Below are positions 38,001 to 48,214 of a stretch of 64,000 nucleotides of DNA, piece after piece. This DNA is from Ylistrum balloti. Lineage: Eukaryota. The stretch lies in NCBI RefSeq assembly GCF_031769215.1, contig NW_026781978.1, positions 744,001 to 808,000 of the forward strand. Reading direction: 5' to 3'. The notes under the pieces were generated by a model, which saw only the letters and a program-made list of their open reading frames with translations, made no database searches and was not told where the DNA came from. How positions within the stretch are numbered: the first letter of the stretch is position 1; every line of letters begins with the position of its first letter. Made by a program: the position numbers and the translations under genes.

Positions 38001-41000
38001 AGGTGTCACTGGACCACGTGATGATCCCTTACATGAAAACAATGGGTAAATGGATGGACAAAGTAATGATTACTTACGCAGGTGTGTTACCGGACCAGGT
38101 GATGATCCCATACAAGAAAACAATGACACCAACCACTGCTGCGGGTAGCAGCCAAGCCGTGTAGAACCCTGTTCAATACAGTTATTTTACAGGTAAAGTT
38201 TGGATCATTTGCATCATAAAAACACTTACAGGTTTAGATTTTCTACAAAATAAAGACTAATATTGTTCTTCTTCCAAACATTTCTATGTCATTCCTAATG
38301 CATTAGAAGAAGTACAACATCTCAATTTTATTTCTGACCAAAGAAACTTCTCAAAAAGTTTTTGTATTTTTTTTTTAATTATTTGTTTTTTGTTATATTT
38401 TTTTATATAAGATCATGGAATCAGATAAATGGAATGATTTGTGAACAGGTTTACCTAGCCAAGCAAAGTAGATTCCAATCTTTTCTCCAAAGTACTCGCG
38501 AATGTGGTCAAGTGGCTGATATTTATACCACACACCCCATCGGGCCCAGTAATGGTACAACACCTGTCGGGCACTAAGCGACTCTGGTGATACAAAGTGT
38601 TTGGGCACCTCAAACGGTCCCTGAAACATAAATGGTTTTACATGTATTATTGTATAGTTGCATACTGGCACAATCAATTAATTTAATCAATAAATTACTC
38701 TTTATCATGAAGAAAAATTTCAAAATATTAATCTTAAATATCATGGTAGAAACAAAATATATGGTTCACTTAAGAATTGATTTTAGAATGATGTACGACA
38801 CTGTAATGAGTTTAGTGAAATTTTGAATCTTTGAAGAAATTAAAGACTTTCAATCCAATGTGAAGCCATGCTTGCCATTAGGGTTTGAAGTAATTGTCTA
38901 TCTATCATGTCAAACATATTTCTGGAAAAATAAGAATTTGTTACAGAGTAAATTTGAGGAACTATAACTATGGCAAGAAATACAAGCTAAGAAAAATGAT
39001 AATTCTGCAAATATGAAAAAAAAAACAAACAAAACACACCCTATAACAAAAATTAGATCATATTGATTTTGTATACTGACATCATGTAAGGGATAGGCTG
39101 CTTTGAATACATCTTCTTCCAACAGTCTGTCGATACCAATTTCTGCTCGCTTCCGTTTGCCATATGACGTGCGGCCAAGGACCTCATTGACTACTCGAGT
39201 CCTCTGGGTGTTTGAGAAGTAAGTTTCTTGGTTATCACTCCCAAGGAACCTATGAAAAATATGTATATTGATGAAATGGATGTCCCAGAATGCTTCATTC
39301 AGGGTCAGTGTAAGCCAAATAAGATGGAATATAGTAACCTTCACAACTATTGGAATGAAATCAAATAAGATGCAAATTTTTACTTCATTGTGTAAATGAT
39401 GATCCTGTTGCAAACAACTCAATGTGTTTAGATATATCTATGTCTTGTGAATGAAATTTTGTTGTAAAGTCATCATAGAAATGTTGACTTTAACAGGGAG
39501 TCTCAGTATTGCCCATCACACATTGATTCTTTTAACAGTATTTATTCAAACACAATAGACAATTTTAAAATTACTTTATGTACACATAAATTCAATTCCA
39601 ATATTCCAAGATGTTAATTAAACATAAAGATGATGATGAAAACGAGATTCAAGAGGACAACTCACCTGTCAAGCTTGGATTTCTTGAACACACAGGTGTA
39701 ATAGTCTAAGGGAGCGTTGGGTACATGTGCACTCATCATGTTTGGTATCTTAAGTATGGTAAGCACCTTGTCAGACCAATTGTCTGATGGGTTAGGGTGA
39801 GCCTGAAATATAGAATAAAACATCATACAGCTTGTGTATACTTTACATGCATATAGTGACCAGCTGTCAGGTCTGAAATTTTGAATCTATTCCTGTCTAA
39901 CTTGTGTATAGTGAACTGAGTTAGGTCTGAAATATAGTATCTAATCTTATCTAACCTTTGTATAGTGGACAGTTCTCAGGTCTGAAATATAGTATCTAAT
40001 CTTATCTAACCTTTGTATAGTGGACAGTTCTCAGGTCTGAAATATAGCATCTAATCTTATCCAACCTTTGTATAGTGGACAGTTCTCAGGTCTGAAATAT
40101 AGTATCTAATCTTATCCAACCTTTGTATAGTGGACAGTTCTCAGGTCTGAAATATAGTATCTAATCTTATCCAACCTTTGTATAGTGGACAGTTCTCAGG
40201 TCTGAAATATAGTATCTAATCTTATCCAACCTTTGTATAGTGGACAGTTCTCAGGTCTGAAATATAGTATCTAATCTTATCCAACCTTTGTATAGTGGAC
40301 AGTTCTCAGGTCTGAAATATAGTATCTAATCTTATCCAACCTTTGTATAGTGGACAGTTCTCAGGTCTGAAATATAGTATCTAATCTTATCCAACCTTTG
40401 TATAGTGGACAGTTCTCAGGTCTGAAATATAGTATCTAATCTTATCCAACCTTTGTATAGTGGACAGTTCTCAGGTCTGAAATATAGTATCTAATCTTAT
40501 CTAACCTTTGTATAGTGGACAGTTCTCAGGTCTGATTTCTAGGATCTAACCCATCAAACCTGAGAATTGTAACCAGTTGTTGATGGTCTGTGACAAGACT
40601 AAAATATGAAATTTCATCCATCAAACCTGTGCACTGTGACCAGTTGTCAATGTGTAAGGACGGGCCTGAAAAAATAGCATGTTCTTATCTAGCCTCTGTA
40701 TGGTGACCAATTGTTGATGAGTTAGGGTGGGCCTGAAATAGAGCTGAATCTCATCTTAACTGTGTATTTTGACTAGTTGTTGATGGGGTAGGTTTGCCCT
40801 TTAATGTAGAATCTGATCTCATCTAGCCTGCATATAGTGGACAATTGTTGATAGGTTAGACTAGGGACTGAAATCTAACTTCATCTTATCTAAATAAAGT
40901 GCCCATTTGTAAGGTCGGAAATAAAAAATCTAATCTTATCTAACCTTATTTATTTTTTAATTTGTTTTTTATGCACTACCTGACAAGACTCACAAGAAAT

Positions 41001-44000
41001 GTTGCCTGTAACTTTTTTCTAATGTTAGTTATTATCTCAGGAGTTACCATTATGGTTTCTCAAAAGTTACCTGTAAAGGAGCCCTCATACACAAGTCCTC
41101 TGCGTAGAAACAGCAGACATCCCATGGAGCATGAAGTTTGATAAAGGTAGTTATCTTTTTAGTACTTTGTACTCGCTCCTGTAAAAAACAATTTTTAAAC
41201 AGTTAAATAAATACACTTATTATCCTCAATAAGCAAAATACACTGAGACATGAACTTCAGGTCAAATCAGAATCGTACAATTATTATGAGACAAAAATTT
41301 ATACCATCTCTTGGCATTTTTTCTCAATTCGACCAAGGTGTGGTTGGGTGACCAGACATGGTCCTACTGCTGGCTGTGGTTATCAACATTTCTGACTTAG
41401 GTTTGGTTGCGTGACATGGTCCTACTACTGGCTGTGGATATCAACATTTCTGACTTTGGTTTGGTTGGGTGACCAGACATGGTCCTACTCCTGGCTGTGG
41501 ATATCAACATTTCTGACTTTGGTTTGGTTGGGTGACCAGACATGGTCCTACTGCTGGCTGTGGATATCAACACTTCTGAATTTAGGTTTGCTTGGGTGAC
41601 CAGACATGGTCCTACTGCTGGCTGTGGTTATCAACATTTCTGACTTAGGTTTGGTTGCGTGACATGGTCCTACTACTGGCTGTGGATATCAACATTTCTG
41701 ACTTTGGTTTGGTTGGGTGACCAGACATGGTCCTACTGCTGGCTGTGGTTATCAACATTTCTGACTTAGGTTTGATTGGGTGACCAGACATGGTCCTACT
41801 GCTGGCTGTAGTTATTAACATTTCTGACTTAGGTTTGATTGGGTGACCAGACATGGTCCTACTGATACCAAATCAAACAAGTTCTGCCTTGGTTTCTTGA
41901 CAGGATAAATTTGCAATACTGTATTAAAGGATTTGGAAACCTGCAAACTTTATTGTATGTCGAAAGTCACATGACAACAGCAGATAGATATCATTGTTGT
42001 ACCTCCTCGATTTCGAGTCCTGTTTTACGAATGTTGTTGAGGAACTTGTTGCGCCATTTCTCCACCTTTTCTATGTCCATACTGTTGCTCTTCGCCTTCT
42101 TTTCCACCTCCTCTTCATACACCAGTATAAAATCTGCAACACAACACTTTAACTTAATACCATATAAGGGGACTAATAAACTAATAATCTTTCTAACAGT
42201 TACTTAAACGGTTAAAATAAAAATCATTTGACAGGGAAATAAAACATTGTATCTCCCAAGGGTGTGTGCCTCCATGGTGAGTCTCGGTCATACTTGGCTG
42301 GAGCTGCTGTCCTTAAATCTGTTTATGTAATGGCAAATGAGCAAACATTGAAATAATGCTGCAATGTTTCAATGAAACTTTACAAAATAAGAACACACAA
42401 TATATTTCTGAGAGAAACTGGCAAGAATTTGAACTTTAAATCCTACCAATATGGACAACTAACCAGATATAGTGAGCTGCCTCTATCATGAATACCAAAT
42501 GGTGATTACATCATTGTTTATGCTAGTTTTCTCGACTTGAAACATATAATAATAGTTATAATTGTAGAGAAATAAGACGGTTTATTACACCTTCAGATAT
42601 TTACCTTGGCTGTAGCCAGAGAAAATTAGGACAAAAAAAGGGTTAATCAACAGGTTGTCGTCAGCAATTTCATGATCATCGAAGACAATGTCATTAATAT
42701 CAAACAAGAAAAACAGATTAAAACAAATACAAGAGAATACCCTGGGGGGAGCTAGATACATTAAAATACCTCTTCAAGTAAAGACAATCAATATAAACTA
42801 CATTGTATGACTGACCTATCCGTCGTAAGCCATCCTTGAAGAAGCAGCTACGGTCGTCCCCTGGGGAGTATGGACGAGTTCCAATTTCAATGCCATCATC
42901 GGAACTCTTCAAGATAAAGTATAGTAATCAATATTACGTTAACACCTTAATAAGCTTATCAAACTATACCCCTTTAATGCATTCAGTTTCCATGTGTGTG
43001 ATTCATAGCAGACTTCATTTGTGAAAGTATTGAACAGAGTGGATAATATTTATCAAATATCCTGATACACTAGTATCACAGTGTTACCTGTTGCAACATA
43101 ATATAGAACCAGAAATGATAATATTACAGGTCTCAAGATTTCTTTCTTTTTCAAGTGAAAATTTCAATGTTCCAGTAAACAAGAATTTCAGATCCACAAA
43201 AACGGACTCCTACATATAATACATGTTTGAGATCCGGTACCAAGCCTGTGTGTCCTTTGGTTAGATTACCAAATGTCTGGTGATAGGTCTAGAGTTTATT
43301 ATCATTATCATTATTATTATTACAGTTCATCAACACATAAAGTCATTTGGGCCATCAAACGGTAAAACACACAGCGATCCAAGAGGAAATAACATTAAAC
43401 AAAACAAAAGTTAAAAGACAAATGTTAAAAATCTTAAATGGGTGTGTTAACACAAAAGATTACAATGCTACGTCATAGTCTATTATATAGACCAATTTCT
43501 TTCAGGTAATGTAGAAATTACAAATCTCAACAGTTTAAAAAATGGATTTTAGACATGTAATGTTACGATAAAAACGTTCTCGAGTAGACAGAAGGTCAAT
43601 GCAGTCCAATAAAAAATGTTTAACGGTGAATGGCTCATCACATCCTATGCACCAAGGATTATCTTCGCCTTTCAACATATATGAAAGTGTAAGGTATGTA
43701 TGACCCATCTGAAGATGGGCAACTTCGTCTCAGTGGTTGTCGCTATAGCATGGTGACCATTCACCAAAAACAGGTTTAATGGAGTGCAATTTGCTTTTGG
43801 TAAAGGTATTTCATTCCTCCTGCCACTGAGATTTAAAAAATTTGTTTAATAAATGGTTTAAAAGTTGTGTACTGTTTCAGGAAAATATGAAATTCTTCAA
43901 TACCATTTGGTTTTGGCAAATATTGAAGATGCTTATAAAATAAAATCTGTAATGGTTTATAGTGAACACCTACATTTCATCTATCTACAGGCACATGTTA

Positions 44001-47000
44001 TATTTAAAACTCATTCATAGGGGAAGGGAATCGCCTTACTTTAAAAACTAACAACTCCAGTTGAAAATCAATAACTACATCATAACACTGCCTGTACTTA
44101 ATGATTTTATGAAACCATTTGTTGCCTATGCTTCAGAAACATCACCTCCTTGATGTTATTAAGTATTCTAATGGTATGTATAATGCACAGTAATGTGATT
44201 CTGAATCATTGAATAAATAATTGAGATACTGATTAAATTCAGCATTCAGCTGTTCACATACAATGCCTATTCTTATTTCAATACTGCATATTACTGGGAG
44301 GACAGATCTTATCAGCTTTCAGCAGGTGGACTGAAAGATAATTATCCAATGAAATCAGCTTGATCATGTTTAGAAGTACAATGTGTATCAAACAAAATAA
44401 TATACAATTATAGCCACAAACAACATCTTTATCTTCTGCAATTCTACCTATAAATATCACCCTCATCATCTACAGTTCTACCCACAATCAACACCCTTAT
44501 CATCTACAATCCTACCCACAATCAACACCCTCATCATCTACAGTTCTACCCACAATCAACACCCTCATCATCTACAATCTTACCCACAATCAACACCCTT
44601 ATCATCTACAATTCTACCCACAATCAACACCCTCATCATCTACAGTTCTATCCACAATCAACACCCTCATCATCTACAGTTCTACCTACAATCATCACCC
44701 TCATTATCTACAATCCTACCCACAATCAACACCCTCATCATCTACAATCCTACCCACAACCAACACCCTCATCATCTACAATCCTACTCACAATCAACAC
44801 CCTCATCATCTACAATCCTACCCACAATCATCACCCTTATCATCTACAGTTCTATCCACAATCATCACCAACATCATCTACAAACCTACCCACAAACAAC
44901 ACCCTTATCATCTACAGTGCTACCCACAATCAACACCCTCATCATCTACAATCCTACCCACAACCAACACCCTCATCATCTACAATCCTACCCACAACCA
45001 ACACCCTCATCATCTACAGTTCTACCCACAACCAACACCCTCATCATCTACAATCCTACCCACAATCAACACCCTCATCATCTACAATCCTCCCCACAAT
45101 CAACACCCTCATCATCTACAATCATACCCACAATCAACACCCTCATCATCTACAATCCTCCCCACAATCAACACCCTCATCATCTACAGTTCTATCCACA
45201 ATCATTACCCTCTTTATTTATCAAACTTAACTAAAGTCAATACCCTCATGATCTGTCAACTACTTCCGATCATCAAATATAAAGAATTCATATTCAGAAT
45301 GTGATCTTGACCTTTGACTGATGAATTTCACACTTAAACACCTTCAGAATGCTTCAAAGATAAGCATTTGTGTGCAGAATAACAAAAAAGAAAAAAAAAA
45401 AAAAGAGAGATATCCATAATGAAATCCTAGAATGATGACCAAAAGGTATGACAAACTGAAGAACAAACAGAAGGACAGACAGAACAAAACATAACATCCC
45501 CTGCACAGGTTTTTTGGAAATGTAATCAATAAACTTTTTCTCTTACACAAACTGTACAATTTGCTGATTCACCAGATCCAACTACATGTCTAAAGCAGAA
45601 GAACAGGTCTATTAACATACTAATTAACACTGTGCAGGTTTTCCAGTGATTCCTCTCCAACAGTAGCAGTTATTTATGTCTACGTGGTACATGTACTTTA
45701 CGATACATGCATTCAATTATTGATACTGTATATTAGGCCTCATCGCCAATGATGCTTGACTAAGTTTGTGTTCAATACAGATAACTACAGTTCATCTGTG
45801 ACTTTGGGCAATTCATACTGATAACACTAGCTCAACTGTGATTCATTACACTTATTTACTATATTCATTTTTCAATAAGCATTAGGCATATAGGTTGGTG
45901 GTGGGTTGGTGGTGGGTAGATGATGGGTGGGGGTGGGATGAGAGGATGGGAGATGACAGGTGGGGGCAGGGAATGGTAATACATAAAGTCCCATTCTTTA
46001 TAACAGATGAATGACATAGTATCCGGTAGCATGCTGAAATTCTATTTATAGACATGTGTGGGCTTATTACTATAAAGCATGGACTTATTGCTAAGTGAAC
46101 ACTACCTGAAATTCTCATGTAAGAATCAAACAAAATCATAACTATATGAATGTAGTATACTTCTCTTTCTACTATAATAATAATAACAATTCCTGAAAAC
46201 ACCCTTACTAGCAAGCTACACCTACTATTAAGGCTAGAGGCTGCTTGTAAAAAACCCATAACATTTCTATATTAAGACACTATCCAGATATAGTTAATAA
46301 TTGAATTTTGGATGGATTTTGTCGACCATCTCCATTTTCCACTAGTCCTAATTACAGATTGCCAAGCTGTAGACACATTTGACATTTACAGTATGAAATA
46401 ATAATGGCAATTACCCTACAGGCAATAGGACCATTTAGATTAACTGCCAGTTACAGTGTAAACACAGAGTATTAAAACTGGTCTGAGGCTCTATGGCATT
46501 TCATCAGTGCCTGATTCTGACCATGTTAATAATAGGCCTTGTAGAATTCGTCAATGGTAATGATTCTACATTGAAACAAGGAGTCTTGTAGGTCTGGTCA
46601 ATGGCTATACTGTATGAAGCATAAGGTCTGGAAGGCCTCAGTGATACAATATTAAAGCGAGATCATGAGGTCAGGTGGTAAATGACTTGATTGAAACATC
46701 AGATATTGAGGGTCTTGAGGGCCTCAGTGACAATATATTAAAATGTCGAGTCTGCAGGGCCTCAATGACACAATAATGAAGCATCAAGTCTAGAGGGACT
46801 GGTCAACGAATATATCATTGAATTGAAACTTGAGGGCATGGCCAATGAATATATATTGAAACTTAACATCTTGAGGGCCTTAGTGACACTATATTGAAAC
46901 ATCAAGTCTCAAGGGCGTCAAAGACACTATTGAAACATAAGGTCTTGAGGGCATGGCCAATGAATGTATATTGAAACTTTAGATCTTGAGGGCCTTAGTG

Positions 47001-47906
47001 ACACTATATTAAAATATCAAGTCTCAAGGGCATTAATGAGACAATATTGAAACATAAGGTCTTGAGGGCATGGCCAATGAATATATATTGAAAATTTAGC
47101 TCTTGGAGCCTTTGTGACACTATATTGAAACATCAAGTTTCAAGGGCGTCAATGACACAATATTGAAACATAAGGTCTTGAGGGCATGGCCAATGAATAT
47201 ATATTGAAACTTTAGATCTTGAGGGCCTTAGTGACACTATATTAAAATATCAAGTCTCAACGGCATCAATGACACAATATTGAAACATAAGGTCTTGAGG
47301 GCATGGCCAATGAATATATATTGAAACTAGATCTTGAGGGCCTTAGTGACATTATATTAAAATATCAAGTCTCAAGGGCATTAATGAGACAATATTGAAA
47401 CATAAGGTCTTGAGGGCATGGCCAATGAATATATATTGAAACTTTAGATCTTGAGGGCCTTAGTGACATTATATTAAAATGTCAAGTCTCAAGGGCATCA
47501 AAGACACAATATTGAAACATAAGGTCTTGAGGGCTGCAATTACTCTGCATGTAGTCCGTGACTCTACATTGAAACAAAAGGTCTTTAGATATTGTCAATG
47601 ATTCTGCACCAAAACGTGTGTCACAAATGTAGGCTACATGCTTCAGAAGACAGATATGCTAAAACAATCACAGAACAGTACATTCAGTTTCTCAAAAGAT
47701 AAATGCCACAAGTTTAACACAAAAATCATAAAAGTTAGCACTCAATAAAAAAAGAAGTTTTCAACACATGGGACAGTGATTGATGGACATAATGTATTGC
47801 ATATAGCACCTACTTGTTCTTGGTATAGCACAGTTTTGTCATCGTTGTTGACAGATCCGTAATCATCGTAGGTGTACGTGCCTCCATTCAGCACGTTCTT
47901 CTCCAT
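19997..47906 (-). CDS. ANO7: Anoctamin (TMEM16) family Ca2+-activated channel/scramblase, ANO7-like, whole gene model (21 coding exons, ~877 aa)
   Basis: Manual join of 21 GT-AG exons = 2634 nt with consistent phases. Family motifs: [132 protein letters not shown]. Family is certain; paralogue assignment (ANO7-like) is tentative. Confidence 0.9.
20089..20229. repeat. 40-bp minisatellite x3.5
   Basis: tcaaaatgttaacatttatcaataccgtagtccccctaaa. Confidence 0.9.
20893..21211 (-). mobile_element. Shorter copy of the same LINE 3' end
   Basis: Aligns by eye to 43296-43630; starts at an (ATT/ATC)n tail and reaches the FTVKHFLLD codons. Confidence 0.72.
22938..23417. repeat. 32-bp minisatellite (~15 copies)
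   Basis: aaatatacaaatctgtttatgaagtgaccact. Confidence 0.95.
24140..26240. repeat. 26-29-bp minisatellite family, ~2.1 kb
   Basis: ttggtttgagccttgttgttgacactaac (29 bp) and a shorter gagacttgttgacactaacaaggttt variant. Confidence 0.95.
27521..27553 (-). CDS. ANO7: Anoctamin coding exon 20 (33-nt small exon)
   Basis: tgtgctacag|[11 protein letters not shown]|gtaagt, phase 0-0. Confidence 0.65.
27595..27930. repeat. ~35-bp AT-rich minisatellite
   Basis: aattgtcatatcaaaatgtaaaaaacgatgtaaat. Confidence 0.9.
28114..28245 (-). CDS. ANO7: Anoctamin coding exon 19
   Basis: [44 protein letters not shown]. Confidence 0.92.
28375..28470. repeat. 32-bp tandem repeat x3
   Basis: ctccggacatggagatatattttattctatga. 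Confidence 0.9.
28715..29295 (+). mobile_element. Helentron/HINE-like non-autonomous element with 3-4 tandem ~145-150-bp core repeats
   Basis: Repeated core aacaaagggcaataactctgta...; 3' end ggacaaggcagtgactatatgcttcccc...gggaataaaaa resembles bivalve HINE termini (recalled, not searched). Confidence 0.55.
29365..29910 (+). mobile_element. Degenerate HINE-like element
   Basis: 5' aagaggcc...gtcacctgag and 3' aatgttaaattgtttacgga...ggacaaaggtgatcgcaataggtcacc motifs. Confidence 0.5.
29957..30047 (-). CDS. ANO7: Anoctamin coding exon 18
   Basis: [30 protein letters not shown]. Confidence 0.92.
30955..31088 (-). CDS. ANO7: Anoctamin coding exon 17
   Basis: [18 protein letters not shown]...NGTLNQTC. 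Confidence 0.92.
32023..32228 (-). CDS. ANO7: Anoctamin coding exon 16
   Basis: [36 protein letters not shown]...[11 protein letters not shown]...AVISN. Confidence 0.94.
32209..32355. repeat. 87-bp duplication of the anoctamin exon 16 acceptor region
   Basis: gataaatccaaactgtagca(c/t)tgaaa at 32209 and 32296. Confidence 0.85.
32410..32534 (-). CDS. ANO7: Anoctamin coding exon 15
   Basis: KLKLFIHRL...[22 protein letters not shown]. Confidence 0.92.
33298..33395 (-). CDS. ANO7: Anoctamin coding exon 14
   Basis: [33 protein letters not shown]. Confidence 0.92.
33580..33634 (-). CDS. ANO7: Anoctamin coding exon 13
   Basis: [19 protein letters not shown]. Confidence 0.9.
34685..34796 (-). CDS. 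ANO7: Anoctamin coding exon 12
   Basis: [37 protein letters not shown]. Confidence 0.93.
35213..35408 (-). CDS. ANO7: Anoctamin coding exon 11
   Basis: [15 protein letters not shown]...[12 protein letters not shown]. Confidence 0.92.
35813..36033 (-). CDS. ANO7: Anoctamin coding exon 10
   Basis: [20 protein letters not shown]...EERPRPEY...[12 protein letters not shown]. Confidence 0.93.
36113..36362 (-). mobile_element. Third copy of the same LINE 3' UTR
   Basis: cattatgacattct-aacggcc...aacacataaa...gggccatc...cacaaaagatta...gtcatagtc shared with the other two copies. Confidence 0.7.
37176..37342 (-). CDS. ANO7: Anoctamin coding exon 9
   Basis: [31 protein letters not shown]...[18 protein letters not shown]. 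Confidence 0.92.
37331..37445. repeat. ~26-bp repeat x4 of the anoctamin exon 9 acceptor
   Basis: cacacctcattactgcaaaaacaaaa and variants. Confidence 0.85.
37660..38140. repeat. Nested 79-124-bp repeat of the anoctamin exon 8 3' end and donor, with internal 15-bp sub-repeat
   Basis: gggtaaatggatggacaaagtaatgattactta(c/a)gcaggtgt five times; caggtgtcactgg(g/a)c sub-repeats. Confidence 0.9.
38078..38168 (-). CDS. ANO7: Anoctamin coding exon 8
   Basis: [30 protein letters not shown]|gtaagt. Confidence 0.9.
38455..38620 (-). CDS. ANO7: Anoctamin coding exon 7
   Basis: GPFEVP...[31 protein letters not shown]. Confidence 0.93.
39081..39249 (-). CDS. ANO7: Anoctamin coding exon 6
   Basis: [20 protein letters not shown]...[20 protein letters not shown]. 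Confidence 0.92.
39666..39802 (-). CDS. ANO7: Anoctamin coding exon 5
   Basis: [14 protein letters not shown]...[13 protein letters not shown]. Confidence 0.9.
39915..40535. repeat. 55-bp minisatellite (~11 copies) with degenerate flanking units 39770-40950
   Basis: tctgaaatatagtatctaatcttatccaacctttgtatagtggacagttctcagg. Confidence 0.95.
41071..41178 (-). CDS. ANO7: Anoctamin coding exon 4
   Basis: [36 protein letters not shown]. Confidence 0.9.
41332..41865. repeat. 63/58-bp minisatellite (~9 copies)
   Basis: gtgaccagacatggtcctactgctggctgtggttatcaacatttctgacttaggtttggttgg. Confidence 0.95.
42003..42133 (-). CDS. ANO7: Anoctamin coding exon 3
   Basis: DFILVYEEE...[18 protein letters not shown]. 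Confidence 0.9.
42816..42906 (-). CDS. ANO7: Anoctamin coding exon 2
   Basis: [30 protein letters not shown]. Confidence 0.88.
43296..43830 (-). mobile_element. 5'-truncated I/Nimb-type LINE 3' fragment (degenerate)
   Basis: Minus-strand translation [18 protein letters not shown]...[34 protein letters not shown] (C-terminal CCHC of I-group ORF2, two stops), then a 3' UTR and (TAA/TGA)n tail. Confidence 0.8.
44455..45205. repeat. 34-bp C/A-rich minisatellite (~21 copies)
   Basis: acccacaatcaacaccctcatcatctacaatcct. Confidence 0.95.
46560..47535. repeat. ~39-bp monomer array resolving into a ~117-bp trimeric higher-order repeat
   Basis: acataaggtcttgaggg recurs at 46935, 47052, 47168, 47285, 47400, 47517. 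Confidence 0.92.
47814..47906 (-). CDS. ANO7: Anoctamin coding exon 1 (exon spans 47814-47952, so a 5' UTR exon lies further upstream)
   Basis: [31 protein letters not shown]|gtaggt; acceptor ttttctaccag| at 47953. Confidence 0.65.
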
Positions 47907-48214
47907 TATGGTAATGAGGTTAGAAGATCAGGGAACCCTCAGTCACCTTGCCCTGGTAGAAAATACAGACAGTTATAACACAACAAAGCATGGTTCACAT
48001 GACAGTTCATACAGTGTACACAATTTATCTAAGTTAAGAGAGCATCAACATCCTGGCGAGCTGTGATCAGAATGATGACCGATGGCTTAGTCTAAACACT
48101 GAAACCATAAAGATACTACAGATACCAGATGTTGCTGTTTCATTAAAGTTTTTTCTGATAGTCGCATGTCTATATGTAGCTTTGATGATTAAAGTTGGGT
48201 ACCCATCATAGATT

